Source: Mytilus trossulus (taxonomy: Eukaryota). Taken from it: a stretch of 64,000 bases of DNA. Of the stretch, positions 11,334-23,430 are shown piece after piece; within the stretch, counting starts at the first letter, position 1; each line of letters starts with the position of its first letter. The position numbers were made by a program, and so were the translations under genes. Location: assembly GCF_036588685.1 (NCBI RefSeq), contig NC_086376.1, forward strand, positions 32,178,001 through 32,242,000. Reading direction: 5' to 3'. The notes beneath the pieces are model-generated. The model did not search any database, was not told the DNA's origin, and saw only the letters and a program-made list of their open reading frames with translations.

Positions 11334-12588
11334 TAAGGAATGACTGTAATATTTAATTCTGTCTATAAAAAAATAACAAAAAAAATTGCGTAGCAGGTTA
11401 TTATTAAGCGTGTACCACATTTTTAGCTCACTTTGAACTTCTTCTAGAGAACCACTGAATGGAATGAAACCAATGAGGAGCTGACCAAGTGTTGTTACTT
11501 TGTAGCCAATCCATCATGCAAGATGGTCCCCAGCGGGGGACTTACTTTAACATAGGACCTTAAGGGAAATACATAAAATATCTTCTTTTTTAAAACAACT
11601 GAATGGAATGAAACCAAACATGGCATGAATGGAATGAAACCAAACATGGCATGAATGTTCCTTATGAGGTGCTGACCAAGTATTGTTTCTTAGTAGCCAA
11701 TCCATCATCCAGAATGGCTGCCAGCGGGAGACTTAGTTTAACATAGTACCTTATTGGAAATACATACAAATGTCTTCTTATAGAGAACCACTGAATGGAA
11801 TGATACCAAACATAGCATGAATGTTCCTTATGAGATGCTGACCAAGTGTTGTTACTTTGTAGCCAATCCATCATCCAAGATGGCCACCAGTGGGGGATTT
11901 AGTTTAACATAGGCTGTATGGGAAATACATACAAATATCTTCTTTTATAAAATCACTGAATGGAATGAAACCAAACATGGCATGAATGTTCATTATGAGG
12001 TGCTGACCAAGTGTTGTTACTTAGTAGCCAATCCATCATCCAGAATGGCTGCCAGCGGGGGACTTAGTTTAACATAGTACCTTATTGGAAATACATACAA
12101 ATGTCTTCTTTTAGAGAACCGCTGAATGGAATGATACCAAACATAGCATGAATGTTCCTTATGAGATGCTGACCAAGTGTTGTTACTTTGTAGCCGATCC
12201 ATTATCCAAGATGGCCGCCAGATGGGGACTTAGTTTAACAAGGTACCCTATGGAAATACATACAAATATCTTTAAGAGAACGACTGAATGAAAAACATCA
12301 TTACAAGTATCTGTTACAATTTTTTACATTATGTAATATTATTTCAAAATCCCAAATAGAATTAGCTACACAGGCTCTTGAGAGCCTCTAGTTTATGTTA
12401 CTTTGGATAGACAGAAGAAATATTACAGTCATTCCTTATAATTTAATTCTAAATTCCATTTTAAAAATTGTAAATCATGAAAAAACAGTGATGACGTCAC
12501 AATCACATGACAAAGTTATGTCTATGAGATGACAAATAAAACACAGTCATCCAATCAGGAAACATGTTATATCCATAATTAAATTATT
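11334..12588 (+). mobile_element. Hairpin-headed element split by a HINE insertion
   Basis: Arms taaggaatgactgtaatattt..tctgtctat (11334-) and atagacaga..aaatattacagtcattcctta (~12407-12438); GCGTAGC apex at ~11388; tail with TGACGTCA at 12492 and CCAATCAG at 12551. Confidence 0.7.
11420..12393 (+). mobile_element. HINE/Helentron-like element with ~5 tandem ~166-bp core repeats
   Basis: Starts ttttagctcac and ends with palindrome aggctct-tg-agagcct plus ctagtt. Core variants recur at a 331-bp period (11711/12042, 11878/12209). Confidence 0.75.
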
Positions 12589-12785
12589 AAAAAATAGTAC
12601 GCTTTGAAGCTAAGATAGTCATACCTATTCTGTGTAGAAAATAAGCTGAAAAATCATGTTGCCCTAAATTACTCATTTCAGGTTTTTTTTTGGACAGCTG
12701 GAGAAAACTGAACCTATTGTTTGCTATTGGGGTAATACTTTGCCATTCCTAGTATTAAATGTAATGGTATTTTGTTTTCTTTTAG

Positions 12786-13150
12786 TTTGTAGTGATGTTT
12801 ACAATATGTTGAGTGAAGATGAAGAAGATGGAGAAAATAAAAGTGCAAAAAAAGACAAAAAGAAACATAACAAACATTCCAGTGATCATGATTCTCCAGA
12901 AAGAGCAGACGGTATGAATTCCATGCTGGAGAATCATGGGAAAAAAAGAATTGAACAAAATGGAGGCATTAACTGTGATAAAACAGACAGTGAACCAAAA
13001 ACAGGAATAATACACAACATATCAACAAACACAGACCAAATTGATCAATTACATATATGTAATTCTGAAATTAATAGTACAAACATTGATGTTAATAGTG
13101 GAAGTAATGAGAAAAGTTCTATACAAAAACAAACAGAAGAAAATGGATGA
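12786..13150 (+). CDS. KXD1: KXD1 exon 4 (disordered C-terminus, stop TGA)
   Basis: ttttcttttag| acceptor; the phase-1 join gives VCSDVYNMLSEDEED...EENG*. Total CDS 675 nt = 224 aa. AATAAA at ~13994 is a candidate poly(A) signal. Confidence 0.85.
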
Positions 13151-15142
13151 ATAAATTATCTTTATTGTTTTTAATCTAGTTGTTGAAAATATTGTATGCA
13201 CATTGAAGTTAATATGTCTATGATTATGCATTTGTTTGTTGTGAGTTATTTACCGTTCTAGAGTTGTTCCCCTTTTTAAATTGGAAAATTGACAAGCATG
13301 AGACAAGACATTTGTGTCCTCAGACACATTAGTATTTGACTTCAAAATCAAAGTTGCTTTTGTACTTTTACAATTTTTCAAAAGAAACAAACCATTTATA
13401 TTAAGTCACTTCCCTTCCTTTACAAAAATTTACATATTCAAGAAATTTAGAATCAAACGTTTTATTTATAAAAAAAAATATGTCCTGACAAAAGATGAAT
13501 GGTTGTTTTCCATATTACATTTACATCTTAATCAGAATATCTAGTGTCAACATTATAGTAACAAAACTTTGGATTAGTTAACAGCATGTGAAAGTCCCCC
13601 CAGTATGACCATGATGACCAAGTTAAATAACTGGCAGGCTTATTATTTTAGGGTATTTTTTTAAATATGTTGAATGGATTTTTCATTATAAAGTAAAATA
13701 TTCCCAACATGTGGTATTCTTAGTTGCTTCGCATTACTTATTAGATTTGTAATTTAGCAGTTTTGTTTTCTGCTTTTTAATAGTCAGTTTAAATCAGATT
13801 ATTGTAGAAATAAGATTCCAAATTGTAAAAAGCTGGATAACTGAATGCATTCCGTTAAAGAAGTACAAAATGAAATAAAATAGGTTTAAAGCTTTACAAG
13901 GTACCATTTAGACATGTTACAAATGCTATAATAATGTGTATGCTTTTTTTTATATTGTTTTGTAATTTAAATTCCATACTATTGGAAATGTGCAATAAAA
14001 ATATGATTTTATTTCATCTGATATGTTATGCTGCATGCCTTGCATTCTTTTTTTTTTCAAGTAATACAATGTATTATAAATGAACCTGTTATGAAAGGGA
14101 ATAAGAGTTAATTAGTAACAATTACCTTTATCTGTCAAGTGAAATTGTATTTTTAACTCTATTGTCTCATCTGCAACAAATATTCAATGATTTTCTTGAA
14201 GACATATTTTGAGAGACCTCTTTGTATGAAATTTTATTATGCAGCGGGTGGAAGAGATAGATAATCTTTATCTTGTCTTTGACCTCATTCCCATTGTTCA
14301 ATAATCCCCTTTTTAGCTCACCTGACCCTTTGTTCTTATCACTTGGTGGTAGTAGTTTGTAGCCTGTGTCTGTTACTTTTTACAAAATTTTCTACTCTGA
14401 ATGTATTTTGCCAAATGGAACAAATCTTAGCCACGCTCATCAATGGGATATCTTATTTAATAAATGTGTCTTATGTTTATGCTTACATATCAACTGACAG
14501 AAATATCATGGCAAAACTCAAGTTTTGTCTAGAGTTCCATGAACAGGAAGTTCATCTAGCTATGTAAACTATATTTTATCAGTCTAATTTCCTTGTTAAT
14601 ATAAAGATGGTATGTTTTAAAGCTACATAGCCAATTATTTTAAAACATTTTAAAATTACATTCGAAAAGTACATTAGAAAAATAAATTCTAGTAATTAAT
14701 TTATAATTACAAAAAGTGAAGAACATAAGACTGTGTTACACAAATTTATAAAAATGTTTGAAACTGCTATAAAATAATAATTAATAAGATTTAAAATGAC
14801 TTAACCAAGTGAACATGCATTGATGTTTTGGTATCTTTGATATACATTATAAGAAAATGTACCATAAATACTGAAATTCAGCTCGAAAAAGTTTGTATGC
14901 GTTATAGCCTGAGATTTGATACTTCAATGCAGGTCATGACCTGCATTTTCATCGTCACAGGTTGACAGGTATGGTCTAGACATTTTTTTTGGCTCTGGTA
15001 GCAATAGTCAGGAAAAATAATCAACACTCATACATTTGAACCATCTTTTTTCCCCTGCTTTCAAACAAATAATGCTTAATGTTTGTGTCATCTGACTAAT
15101 TATGAAACAGCATTGTTTATAGATTTGATATCAAATAGTTAA

Positions 15143-15803
15143 GGTAGCAATACACAGTTAGGAGTTTAGTTTCGCATTATGGCCCCTGTGGATTTTTCAA
15201 ATAGGAAAGTTATTGTGTAATAAAATTAATTTTTAGACAGATTAGTGCTAATTTAGCCTTCAAAGATGGTTTATAAGAGCATCAAGATTATTTTTTACAT
15301 GTTTTATGGGCTGTTTTCTGTTTGACCATCCGTATTTTCATAGCTAGACTGGCCATCGGTCCAGAAATTAATGTACTGTTTACAAACACTCTATTTATAC
15401 ACGAAGTTTTTGACGCAATTTTCCAAAAAAATGAGATGAAAGACATATGATTTTCATTGGATTTGCTGAAAGATATATGTACACAGTTTCAGAAAAGGTA
15501 TTACTTCAAACGATTGAAATTCTACTTATAGGCAAATTTTGGGGAAACATGTGACATCTTTCCCCCCTTTTTGCAATATTTATAACAAATAAATGCAGAT
15601 TGTTGCCATGGATACACCAAAATGAAATCATATTTTACCATTTTATATACTAGATATAAAATCTATGGAAGATTCTGATTACATACATATGCCCATATAT
15701 GACAAAAACAGTAAGCTTGATATTGCAAGAAATCAATGAAAAAGGGTTGGTAAAATTTATAAGGGCAATTTTTTGTATTTTTTCCTAACTGTTTATTGCT
15801 ACC
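15143..15803. mobile_element. TTAA-type MITE (Kolobok-like), 661 bp
   Basis: TIR GGTAGCAATACACAGTTAGGA / TCCTAACTGTTTATTGCTACC (1 mismatch); TTAA on the left, TAAA on the right. Confidence 0.75.
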
Positions 15804-16136
15804 TAAAACAATGAAATATAATCTCTTTTTGGTGTTATCATGACAACAATGATATGAAATATTGCATAACAGAGTGAACATGTTACCAAAGTCCTCAAAA
15901 TTTGTTACTAAAAGGGTTTTCAATCAATAAGAGTCCATTGCCATTTATCTATCTCAAATGTAACGTAGGCAAAATAAAAATCATGCATTTCACCTCATTT
16001 TTCCATTATACTGAGTTGAAAAGTTTGAGGGTAAAACAATTGTTGGAAAACACTACAGTAGTTTCTGGACCTATAGAGGGGGGTATGGATAAGAAAATAC
16101 AGACTGTCAAACAGAAAAGGCATGGAAAACCTGCAA

Positions 16137-16360
16137 AACAAGAATGTGTCCATAGCAAATGGATGCCCCCATCCGCACTATCATTTTCTATGTTCAATGG
16201 ACTGTGAAAATGGGGTAAAACTTTTATTGGCATTAAAATTAGAAAGATCATAACTAGGTTACATGGGTACTTAGTTTTAAGATTATTGGACCAAAAACTA
16301 CCTCCACCAAAATCTTTTCCCTGAAGTGAGACAGACGAACGAATGGAACATAAAAACAAT
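16137..16360 (-). mobile_element. Internally deleted HINE-like element
   Basis: Same terminus as 1321-1410; gacagacgaacgaatg microsatellite near 16330. Confidence 0.6.
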
Positions 16361-16609
16361 TTTGATGTTAGTGTAAACCCACTTTGAAGGCCATTATAGT
16401 ATTCTAAAGCTTACCAGAAATACATTTTATTGCATAATAAAATGATCTCTGTGGCCAAAATGCAAAACTAAGACTTGTATTTCCCCAATAGTGTTTTCTG
16501 CTCACAAGGAAGGTACTAAAACCAAACGTTTCAATTGGTGCAGTTAAAATCATCCCCTCATCTATTTTACAGACACCATCACAAGTTGGTTGACTGTTAT
16601 GGAATATTT

Positions 16610-16960
16610 TTTTCATAGATGGCAACGGATATGTTTAAATTGTTGTAACTACATTTCTGTCCTCTTTTCTTCTAATGTGGCCTACTGTACGAGACTTATC
16701 ACTGGGTTTGTACATAAGCAACATATCACGGGGAAGTTGGGGAACCACATGTGGAGCAGGATGTGCTTACCCCTTCTGGAGCACCTGAAATCACCTCTAG
16801 TTTTAACTTAGGTTTGTGTTGCTCAGTATTTAGTTTTCTATTTTGTGTTATGTGTACTATTGTTTTTCTGATGGTCATATTCTTTTTTTAGCCATGGCAT
16901 TACCAAGTTTATTGTCAACATAAGTTTTAATGTCTCTTTGATATCTTTCGCCTTTCTTTC
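16610..16960 (+). mobile_element. Retroposon-like family B copy
   Basis: cacatgtggagcagga...gagcacctga...atctttcg shared with 21988-22300 and 31300-31522. Confidence 0.7.
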
Positions 16961-17454
16961 AAATTGGTGCTTGTGTCTATTATTTTTTATGTAATTTTTT
17001 TTTCTTGTTCAGTACTGGCTAATTGCAACTAATAATTAGTAAATGTTCTTATGGTGTGGGAGTATTGATCATTCACTAATAAATGTTACCTGACACATTA
17101 TGTGCCTGTAATTCATTTGTTTTCGGTTCATGTCTGTCATATTTGTTTATTGTAAATTGTTGTGTTAGAGATTAGGCCTTTAGTTTTCTAGTTCAGTTTT
17201 TCATGTTAGACCCTTTATAACAAACTGTATGGTTCAGGTTTTTCTCATTATAGAAGGGCATAGAATGGCTCACAATAGGTATAACCCACTTCAACTGAAC
17301 TCTGGTGAATACATGAAAATGTCTCTTTGGCCATCATACCTCATCTCCTTATGTTGTATTGTTGAGTACATCAAATGTATAAATAAACATGTATGCAAAC
17401 TGATTTTTTAATATGTACAAAGAACAAACAAGTATAAATATTTGAAAATTGTTA

Positions 17455-17558
17455 TTATTTTGTTGACGATCGAGTTCTTTTGTTCCAGCTATAGTTTGCT
17501 CCATATGATTTTGGTTTAAACTTGGTTTCTTTACTTTCTTCTACATGATACTTCCAAC
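17455..17558 (-). CDS. NDUFS4: NDUFS4 exon 5 (stop TAA)
   Basis: (G)[33 protein letters not shown], matching the NDUFS4 C-terminus (KSYGANFSWNKRTRVSTK in mammals). Confidence 0.95.
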
Positions 17559-18401
17559 CTAAATAGTAGAAAAATAACAGCACCTTAGATAATGGTATCT
17601 ATTCATGAATTGCAGAAATGATCAAGTACAGAATATCACTTTGTCAGCACTTTTTGTTATGTACAGTGTACAGGATTTCGAGCCAAAATTGCTCATACTA
17701 ATGTTAAACAATGTAAAAAAAGGCTGATTACAGGTACATTTTGTACTTTAAAAGGACAACTCTGATTGACAACTTAGTTAAAAAGATTTCATCTCTGGAA
17801 TACACAGAAACATGTTTTAGAGTGAATCACTCACAATCACCAATATTTGCAATTAAAATTCCTGATCAAGTATACTTTTTTTTAACCGAATCATTATGTA
17901 TGTTCTGTAAATCATAAGTATCTGCCTTCTTTTAAGTACCTTTGTGTGTATTCTCTTACAAGAATTACTCTGTCATACGAACAAAATGTGGTCTTAAGTT
18001 AAAACTGTGGTTCTTAATTTAAATGCCCTAATTTTTTTGAAAAAGAATAATACATGTAATTCATATTGGACAAATGTATCCTGCTTATATCAGTTGAAAA
18101 TCATTGGTGAGATTGGGTTTTCAAAAGAAGGTAATTAGACTAAACCAGTATAAAACTAATTATATTTGTCATATTACATATACACACTGCTTATAGTATC
18201 TAAAAAATTGACCTTATCATATTACTTAACCTAGATCAGTGATCGATTTAATGAGGTCAAGGTCAGGGGAACTCTGTTGGAAGGACATGTCGACATTGCA
18301 AGTAACCCCTATACCAAATATAGTTATCCTAATACTCATATATTAAGAAAGAAATTCACATGACAAAATAACATGAGAGATAAAATCAACATTTGACCTA
18401 C

Positions 18402-18475
18402 CATTTTTCTCTACAAAAGCAATAGCATCATCTGGTGTTAAGAATGTGCAGTTCAAGTTGGAGAGAGGATCACCT
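18402..18475 (-). CDS. NDUFS4: NDUFS4 exon 4
   Basis: cag|...|gtaggt; encodes GDPLSNLNCTFLTPDDAIAFVEKN. Confidence 0.93.
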
Positions 18476-18755
18476 CTGAAAAATAAATTACTAATTAGCT
18501 TACTGATATAATGACAAGAAAACTACTAGTTATATTATAATGTCATACAATACCAGGAAAAGGTAAATTAAAAATTTAAAAGAACAACATTGAATAGTGG
18601 ACTCTAGAGACTGTCTTAATTTTGCTGTCATGTGAAGGCACATCACTATGGACAGCCAGAATGAAAAACATTAAAATAGTTTCTTTAACAGTCTATGCTT
18701 TCCCCCTGTAAATGTACAAATGTAGTTACTTGGAATATTGTCTCATGTATATATA

Positions 18756-19814
18756 CCAAGGGTCCGGAAACGGTCATATTTGCCAGTCATGGTCAAACTG
18801 AAACTATAATGTCCTAAACTTTTAATTGGGATTTAGGTCAAATTTTATTTTTCAACCGTAATAATTTTGGTCATTTCATTGAGATCGACTTTCAAAATCG
18901 CCATTTTGACAATATTTTTGTTTTGTTATTGACTTCCTGTAATTAAACTGCCACTTCAATAAAGTGTTATAATCCTGAGGGCCCTCCTAATAACTATATT
19001 AATGCCTCGGGGAGCTATTGGCTAATGATTGCTAATCTCTTTACCTGTGTTTTTAATTCACACCCGACAATTAATCACAAGCTCCAAACTATTATTATAA
19101 AGAAATAAAAATTCCATACCAACTGTCTTCATTATTTAATTACTAAACAGGTCTGACAATGGTCAATTATGATTTAAAATTAAATTAAAACTTGGTTTAA
19201 TTTACGTAGAAAAAATATATTTTTACTTCTAACACACGTGCTTTGTTTACTATGTAATACGCATGCTTGAAATTCTCTTCCACAGATTTAGACAATTAAT
19301 TGTAAATTTAAAATAATTTCATCCTAGATAAAGCTAGTGCAACTATTTTAATTAATATTCTTACACTATTAAAGGTAAAATATTAAAAAGCCGATGATTT
19401 CCTGTGATTTGGATAATCAAAACTAATCCCGGAAATGAGTCCAGAATTGTTCGTTTTAGTATTGTCGCAGTATATCCGGTTTGAATTTTTACTTCAGAAT
19501 CAAAGGAAACGTAAGGGATAACTGAGAATATTATCGTTTTTAGTCATTATAAACATTTTATTTTTAAACTGTTGCCTTCCCTTAATTGCTCTTAAACGAT
19601 TTTTGGAAAATAGTAGGACAAATCATGAAGTAAATGCGATGCAACATTGAAACAAGTTTGTTGATGCTACGAACATGACGATCGAGTATGAGCATATTCA
19701 TAATGAGTCTCATGCAGTAATGTGATTTTGACAATCATTTTTTGAAAAGGGGCATCAACTTTTAAGTTGTATGAAAATGACCGAAATTAGATGAAAAAAT
19801 TTCCGGATCCTTGA
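18756..19814. mobile_element. TA-flanked non-autonomous DNA transposon (~1.06 kb)
   Basis: TIR CAAGGGTCCGGAAA / TTTCCGGATCCTTG (1 mismatch); inserted in a (TA)n run on both sides. Confidence 0.75.
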
Positions 19815-19943
19815 TATATACCCTATAGCTCCAAAATAACATTCCTTATTTTATCATCAACTAATTTTTTCCTAAGCTATAATAATACATGTAGATCTTG
19901 ATCATGCAGCTCTAGAATACTTTCAATTTACAATATGACCTAC

Positions 19944-20119
19944 GTAGATGTCCATCCCATCAATGGATTTTCCCATCTCTCTTGAGTATCAAATTCAATT
20001 TTCCATCGTCTTTGACTATATGTTCCTGACTGCATAGCATTTTTGGCTGGCATAAATATTCTAACTTGACGAGTCTTTATCTGTTCCTCTGGTACTCCTG
20101 ACAATACTGCAAGATCAGG
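19944..20119 (-). CDS. NDUFS4: NDUFS4 exon 3
   Basis: tag|...|gtaggt. Encodes [58 protein letters not shown] with hallmark GVPEE, MQSG and RWENPLMGW motifs. Confidence 0.97.
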
Positions 20120-20444
20120 CTAAAACAAACAATTACAGGTCAGATTTTATATAAAATCTTTGAAGAATTAATTTTTTTAACAAAATAATTGATAGCATGA
20201 TAAGAGTTTTATTTATTACTTTACTTTGTACTGAACATGCATTTCAAGGCCCACTGGTTTATAAATTGATATTAGAGACATTAATAAAAGTGTTTCATTA
20301 ACCGTTTGAAATAAGGCCAAAGTTGTTTGTCATGACTGCTCAATGAATTAATTATGTGTCAGATCTGCAGTGCCATTTACAGATTGACATATATGTATAT
20401 TGTATGTCTGTGTACTTGGTTTAAAGAATGCATGAGATCTCATA

Positions 20445-20735
20445 AACATGTTTAACCCCGCCACATTTTTGCGTCTGTCCCAAGTCAGGAGCCTCTAGCC
20501 TTTGTTAGTCTTGTAATTTTTAATTTTAGGTTCTTGTGTACAATTTGGAAATGAGTATGGCGTTCATTATCACTGAACTAGTATATATATGTTTAGGGGC
20601 CAGCTGAAGGACGCCTACGGGTGCTGGAATTTCTTGCTACAATGAAGACCTGTTGGTGACCTTCTGCTGTTGTTTTTTTATATGGTCGGGTTGTTGTCTC
20701 TTTGACACATTCCCCATTTCCATTCTCAATTTTAT
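20445..20735 (+). mobile_element. Retroposon-like family C copy
   Basis: acatgtttaaccccgcc... motif shared with family A copies (49072, 61563); T-rich body with 3' end ccccatttccattctcaatttta. Confidence 0.55.
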
Positions 20736-20988
20736 GGTATGTCTCAGTAGTTTCGGTAAATTTTGTTGGGTTGGAGACTTGCTGTCCAAATTCTAAATTG
20801 ACTAAAAATGTGTACTTTAATAATCATTTATTTTTAAGAAATGCATGTGTGTGTACTCAATAGTTTAAAAGTAAACATAAATAACTATTTTTATCAATAC
20901 TGAATAGAACTCCAAATCAACACACTTGATTATTTTCAAAACAATAATTTATAAACTTTGCATGTAACTTATATATAGAAGTAGAAAC

Positions 20989-21455
20989 AACAAGTGAAAC
21001 TGCGAGCTACTGCTCACTGATGATACCCCTGCCGCAAGTGGATAATATTAATAGTGTAAAAATATGCAAGTGTTCGGTAAACAAGAAGTTGCAGAGTGAT
21101 GAATCTGAAAACGCATCACACGGTATAGCTGACTTATATAAATCCTGAAACCAAATTTCAGAAATCCTTGTATTGTAGTTCCTGAGAAAAATGTGACAAA
21201 AATTTTCAACTTGGCTATCATGTGTAAAATCATACAAGTGTTCGGTAAACAGGAAGTTGTCAAGTGATCAATCTGAAAACGCATCACAGGGTATAGCTGA
21301 CTTAGATAAACCCTGTAACCAAATTTCAAAAATCCTTGTATTGTAGTTCCTGAGAAAAATGTGACGAAAAATATTCATGGGACGGATGGACTGACGGAAG
21401 GACAGAGGTAAAACAGTATACCCCCCCCCCCTTTTTTAAAGTGGGGGTATAAAAA
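20989..21455 (-). mobile_element. Complete HINE-like element with two ~168-bp cores
   Basis: aacaag terminus; cores at 21055 and 21223; GGAC/GACG microsatellite at 21380-21405; terminal hairpin ataccccc..gggggtat plus aaaaa. Confidence 0.75.
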
Positions 21456-21542
21456 CAATATTTGGATAAACTAGATTAAATGTTCAGTACTATATATTAT
21501 AGTATCTTGCTACAGAAATCAAAGATAAATTCTATATAATAC

Positions 21543-21624
21543 CTTTTCATCAACTATAACTTCATTTTTTTCACTCGTCTTCAGAGATTTATTTGAAGCT
21601 GTTACAGCACATACAAAAATTCCT
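21543..21624 (-). CDS. NDUFS4: NDUFS4 exon 2
   Basis: tttttcag|A GGA...AAG|gtatta. Encodes GIFVCAVTASNKSLKTSEKNEVIVDEK; phases match exons 1 and 3. Confidence 0.85.
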
Positions 21625-21987
21625 CTGAAAAAATAAAACATAAGGTTTTAGGGAAGTTCTGACATACACATGTAACATATAGTTTTCATAAACATGAACA
21701 CAAGATTATACATGTACATTTGCTGCAGCACTATGATCATCTATAACCATGATTAGCACATTCTTATTAATATCATTATTATCCTGGAAATTAAAAAGAA
21801 TGTCATAGATAAAAAAAAAAAAAACATGATAATAAAAAGAAAATGATGGAAAGTTAAGAGCTGAGTCAAATTTCTAACAATGAAAACTTGCTTCCCTCAC
21901 CATTTAAAATAACTTAAATTTTATTGATCATAACTCCAACACAATAATTAAAATTATAACAATGTATAACATTGGTTGTAATACTGT

Positions 21988-22300
21988 CAGATATTTCCTT
22001 ATGTCGTAACTACATGTACAATACTCTACCCTTTTCACGATTGTGACTACAGAATAAGGCTATTTACAGGATTTTTTATAACATAAGCAACACATGTGGA
22101 GCAGGATTTGCTTACTCTTACGGAGCACCTGAGATAACCCCCAGTTTTTGGTGGGGTTTGTATTGCTTAGTCTTTAGTTTTCTATGTTGTGTCTTCTGAA
22201 CTGATATTTGTCTGTTTGTCTTTTTATTTTTAGCCATGGCTTTGTGAGTTTATTTTTAATCTATGAGTTTGACTATCCCTCTGGTATCTTTCGTCCCTAC
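21988..22300 (+). mobile_element. Retroposon-like family B copy
   Basis: Homologous to 16610-16960 and 31300-31522. Confidence 0.7.
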
Positions 22301-22344
22301 TACCTCTTATGGTAATTTAGTATGGAGGTGTAAGCTGTTACAAC

Positions 22345-23311
22345 AAAAATCTAAAATAGAGGATATTCACTACATTTGGAAATATTGTCAGAAATTTCGA
22401 CTCTATTGAACATCAGGTTGTGTGGCGACAACTTGCTACAAACACAAACTCATCAAACAGCTGGTTTATAATGGTGAAAACTTTGCTTGAAATGTACAAT
22501 CTACCTTCATGCTATGACTTACTACAAAATCGGCCAGGAAAATCTATGTGGAAAGCAATGTAAACAGTTACTGGGAACAAAAGCTAAAGCTGGAAGCAAA
22601 AACCAAGTCATCATTAAAATTCATAGACATTGACCGTCTTTCACTTGGCAAAACACATCTGATCTAGAGTAGTGCTGGTTCTCATATGTTTGCAATAACA
22701 AAAGCGTCCGTTAAATGTAGAATGAAAACATTACAAGCAAATAGACATCGTTTTAATCAATTTGAGGTAGACCCATCTTGTCCGCTGTGTAAACAAGGAC
22801 CAGAGGACAGAACTCACTTTCTTGTCCTGTGTCAGCATCTAACTACAGTCCGACAACCATTTAAGGAAGCCCTGAAAACTGTTATGCGGAAAATGTTACC
22901 AGATCTACATGGACAGATAATATCTGATCCACTATTGCTTATGCAGGTCATACTTGTCTGCGCATCAAGTCCTTTTGTGCAACCTCAATAAAACAAGACT
23001 TTCAGTGAAGTGTTTAAGTCGAGGACTTTGCTATGCCCTACATGTAGCATGCAGTACAGCTCTGGAATATCAAGTAACCTGCTTAATAGTGTACTAGATT
23101 TCATTTGACATTTATCTTACTATCATGATTGAGTGATTGAAACATAGTCATGATAGTAGGGACCACCCTGCTCTTTATGTGTACATAGACTTTCATTTAG
23201 TATTGTAGTAAAAGTCGGACAGTGCATATAATTATTCTATGAAGTGTTGGGTAGCAAGACCCAAGACTACAGTTCTCCAAGCAGTGGAGGAAAGATACAC
23301 AACAACAACAA
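22345..23311 (+). mobile_element. 5'-truncated, degenerate non-LTR retrotransposon (ORF2 C-terminus with CCHC zinc finger, 3'UTR, (CAA)n tail)
   Basis: RIFTTFGNIV..RQLA..SWF..LLEMYNLPS..W, then CPLCKQGPEDRTHFLVLC (C-x2-C...H-x4-C), with stops and frameshifts; ends gaggaaagatacacaacaacaaca. Confidence 0.8.
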
Positions 23312-23430
23312 TAGCCGTTCTGATATAGATAAATAAAGTAATTGATGATTTACAAAACTGAGTACCAGCACCAATTAGCCATTTGACTAAAAAAAAATAT
23401 CAGACCTTTTTTATTAACTTGTGATATATA

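Noticed and set aside
12740-12785. ORF 12740-13150 as a standalone secreted protein
   Set aside because: The hydrophobic start is the translated pyrimidine tract; the rest is KXD1 exon 4.
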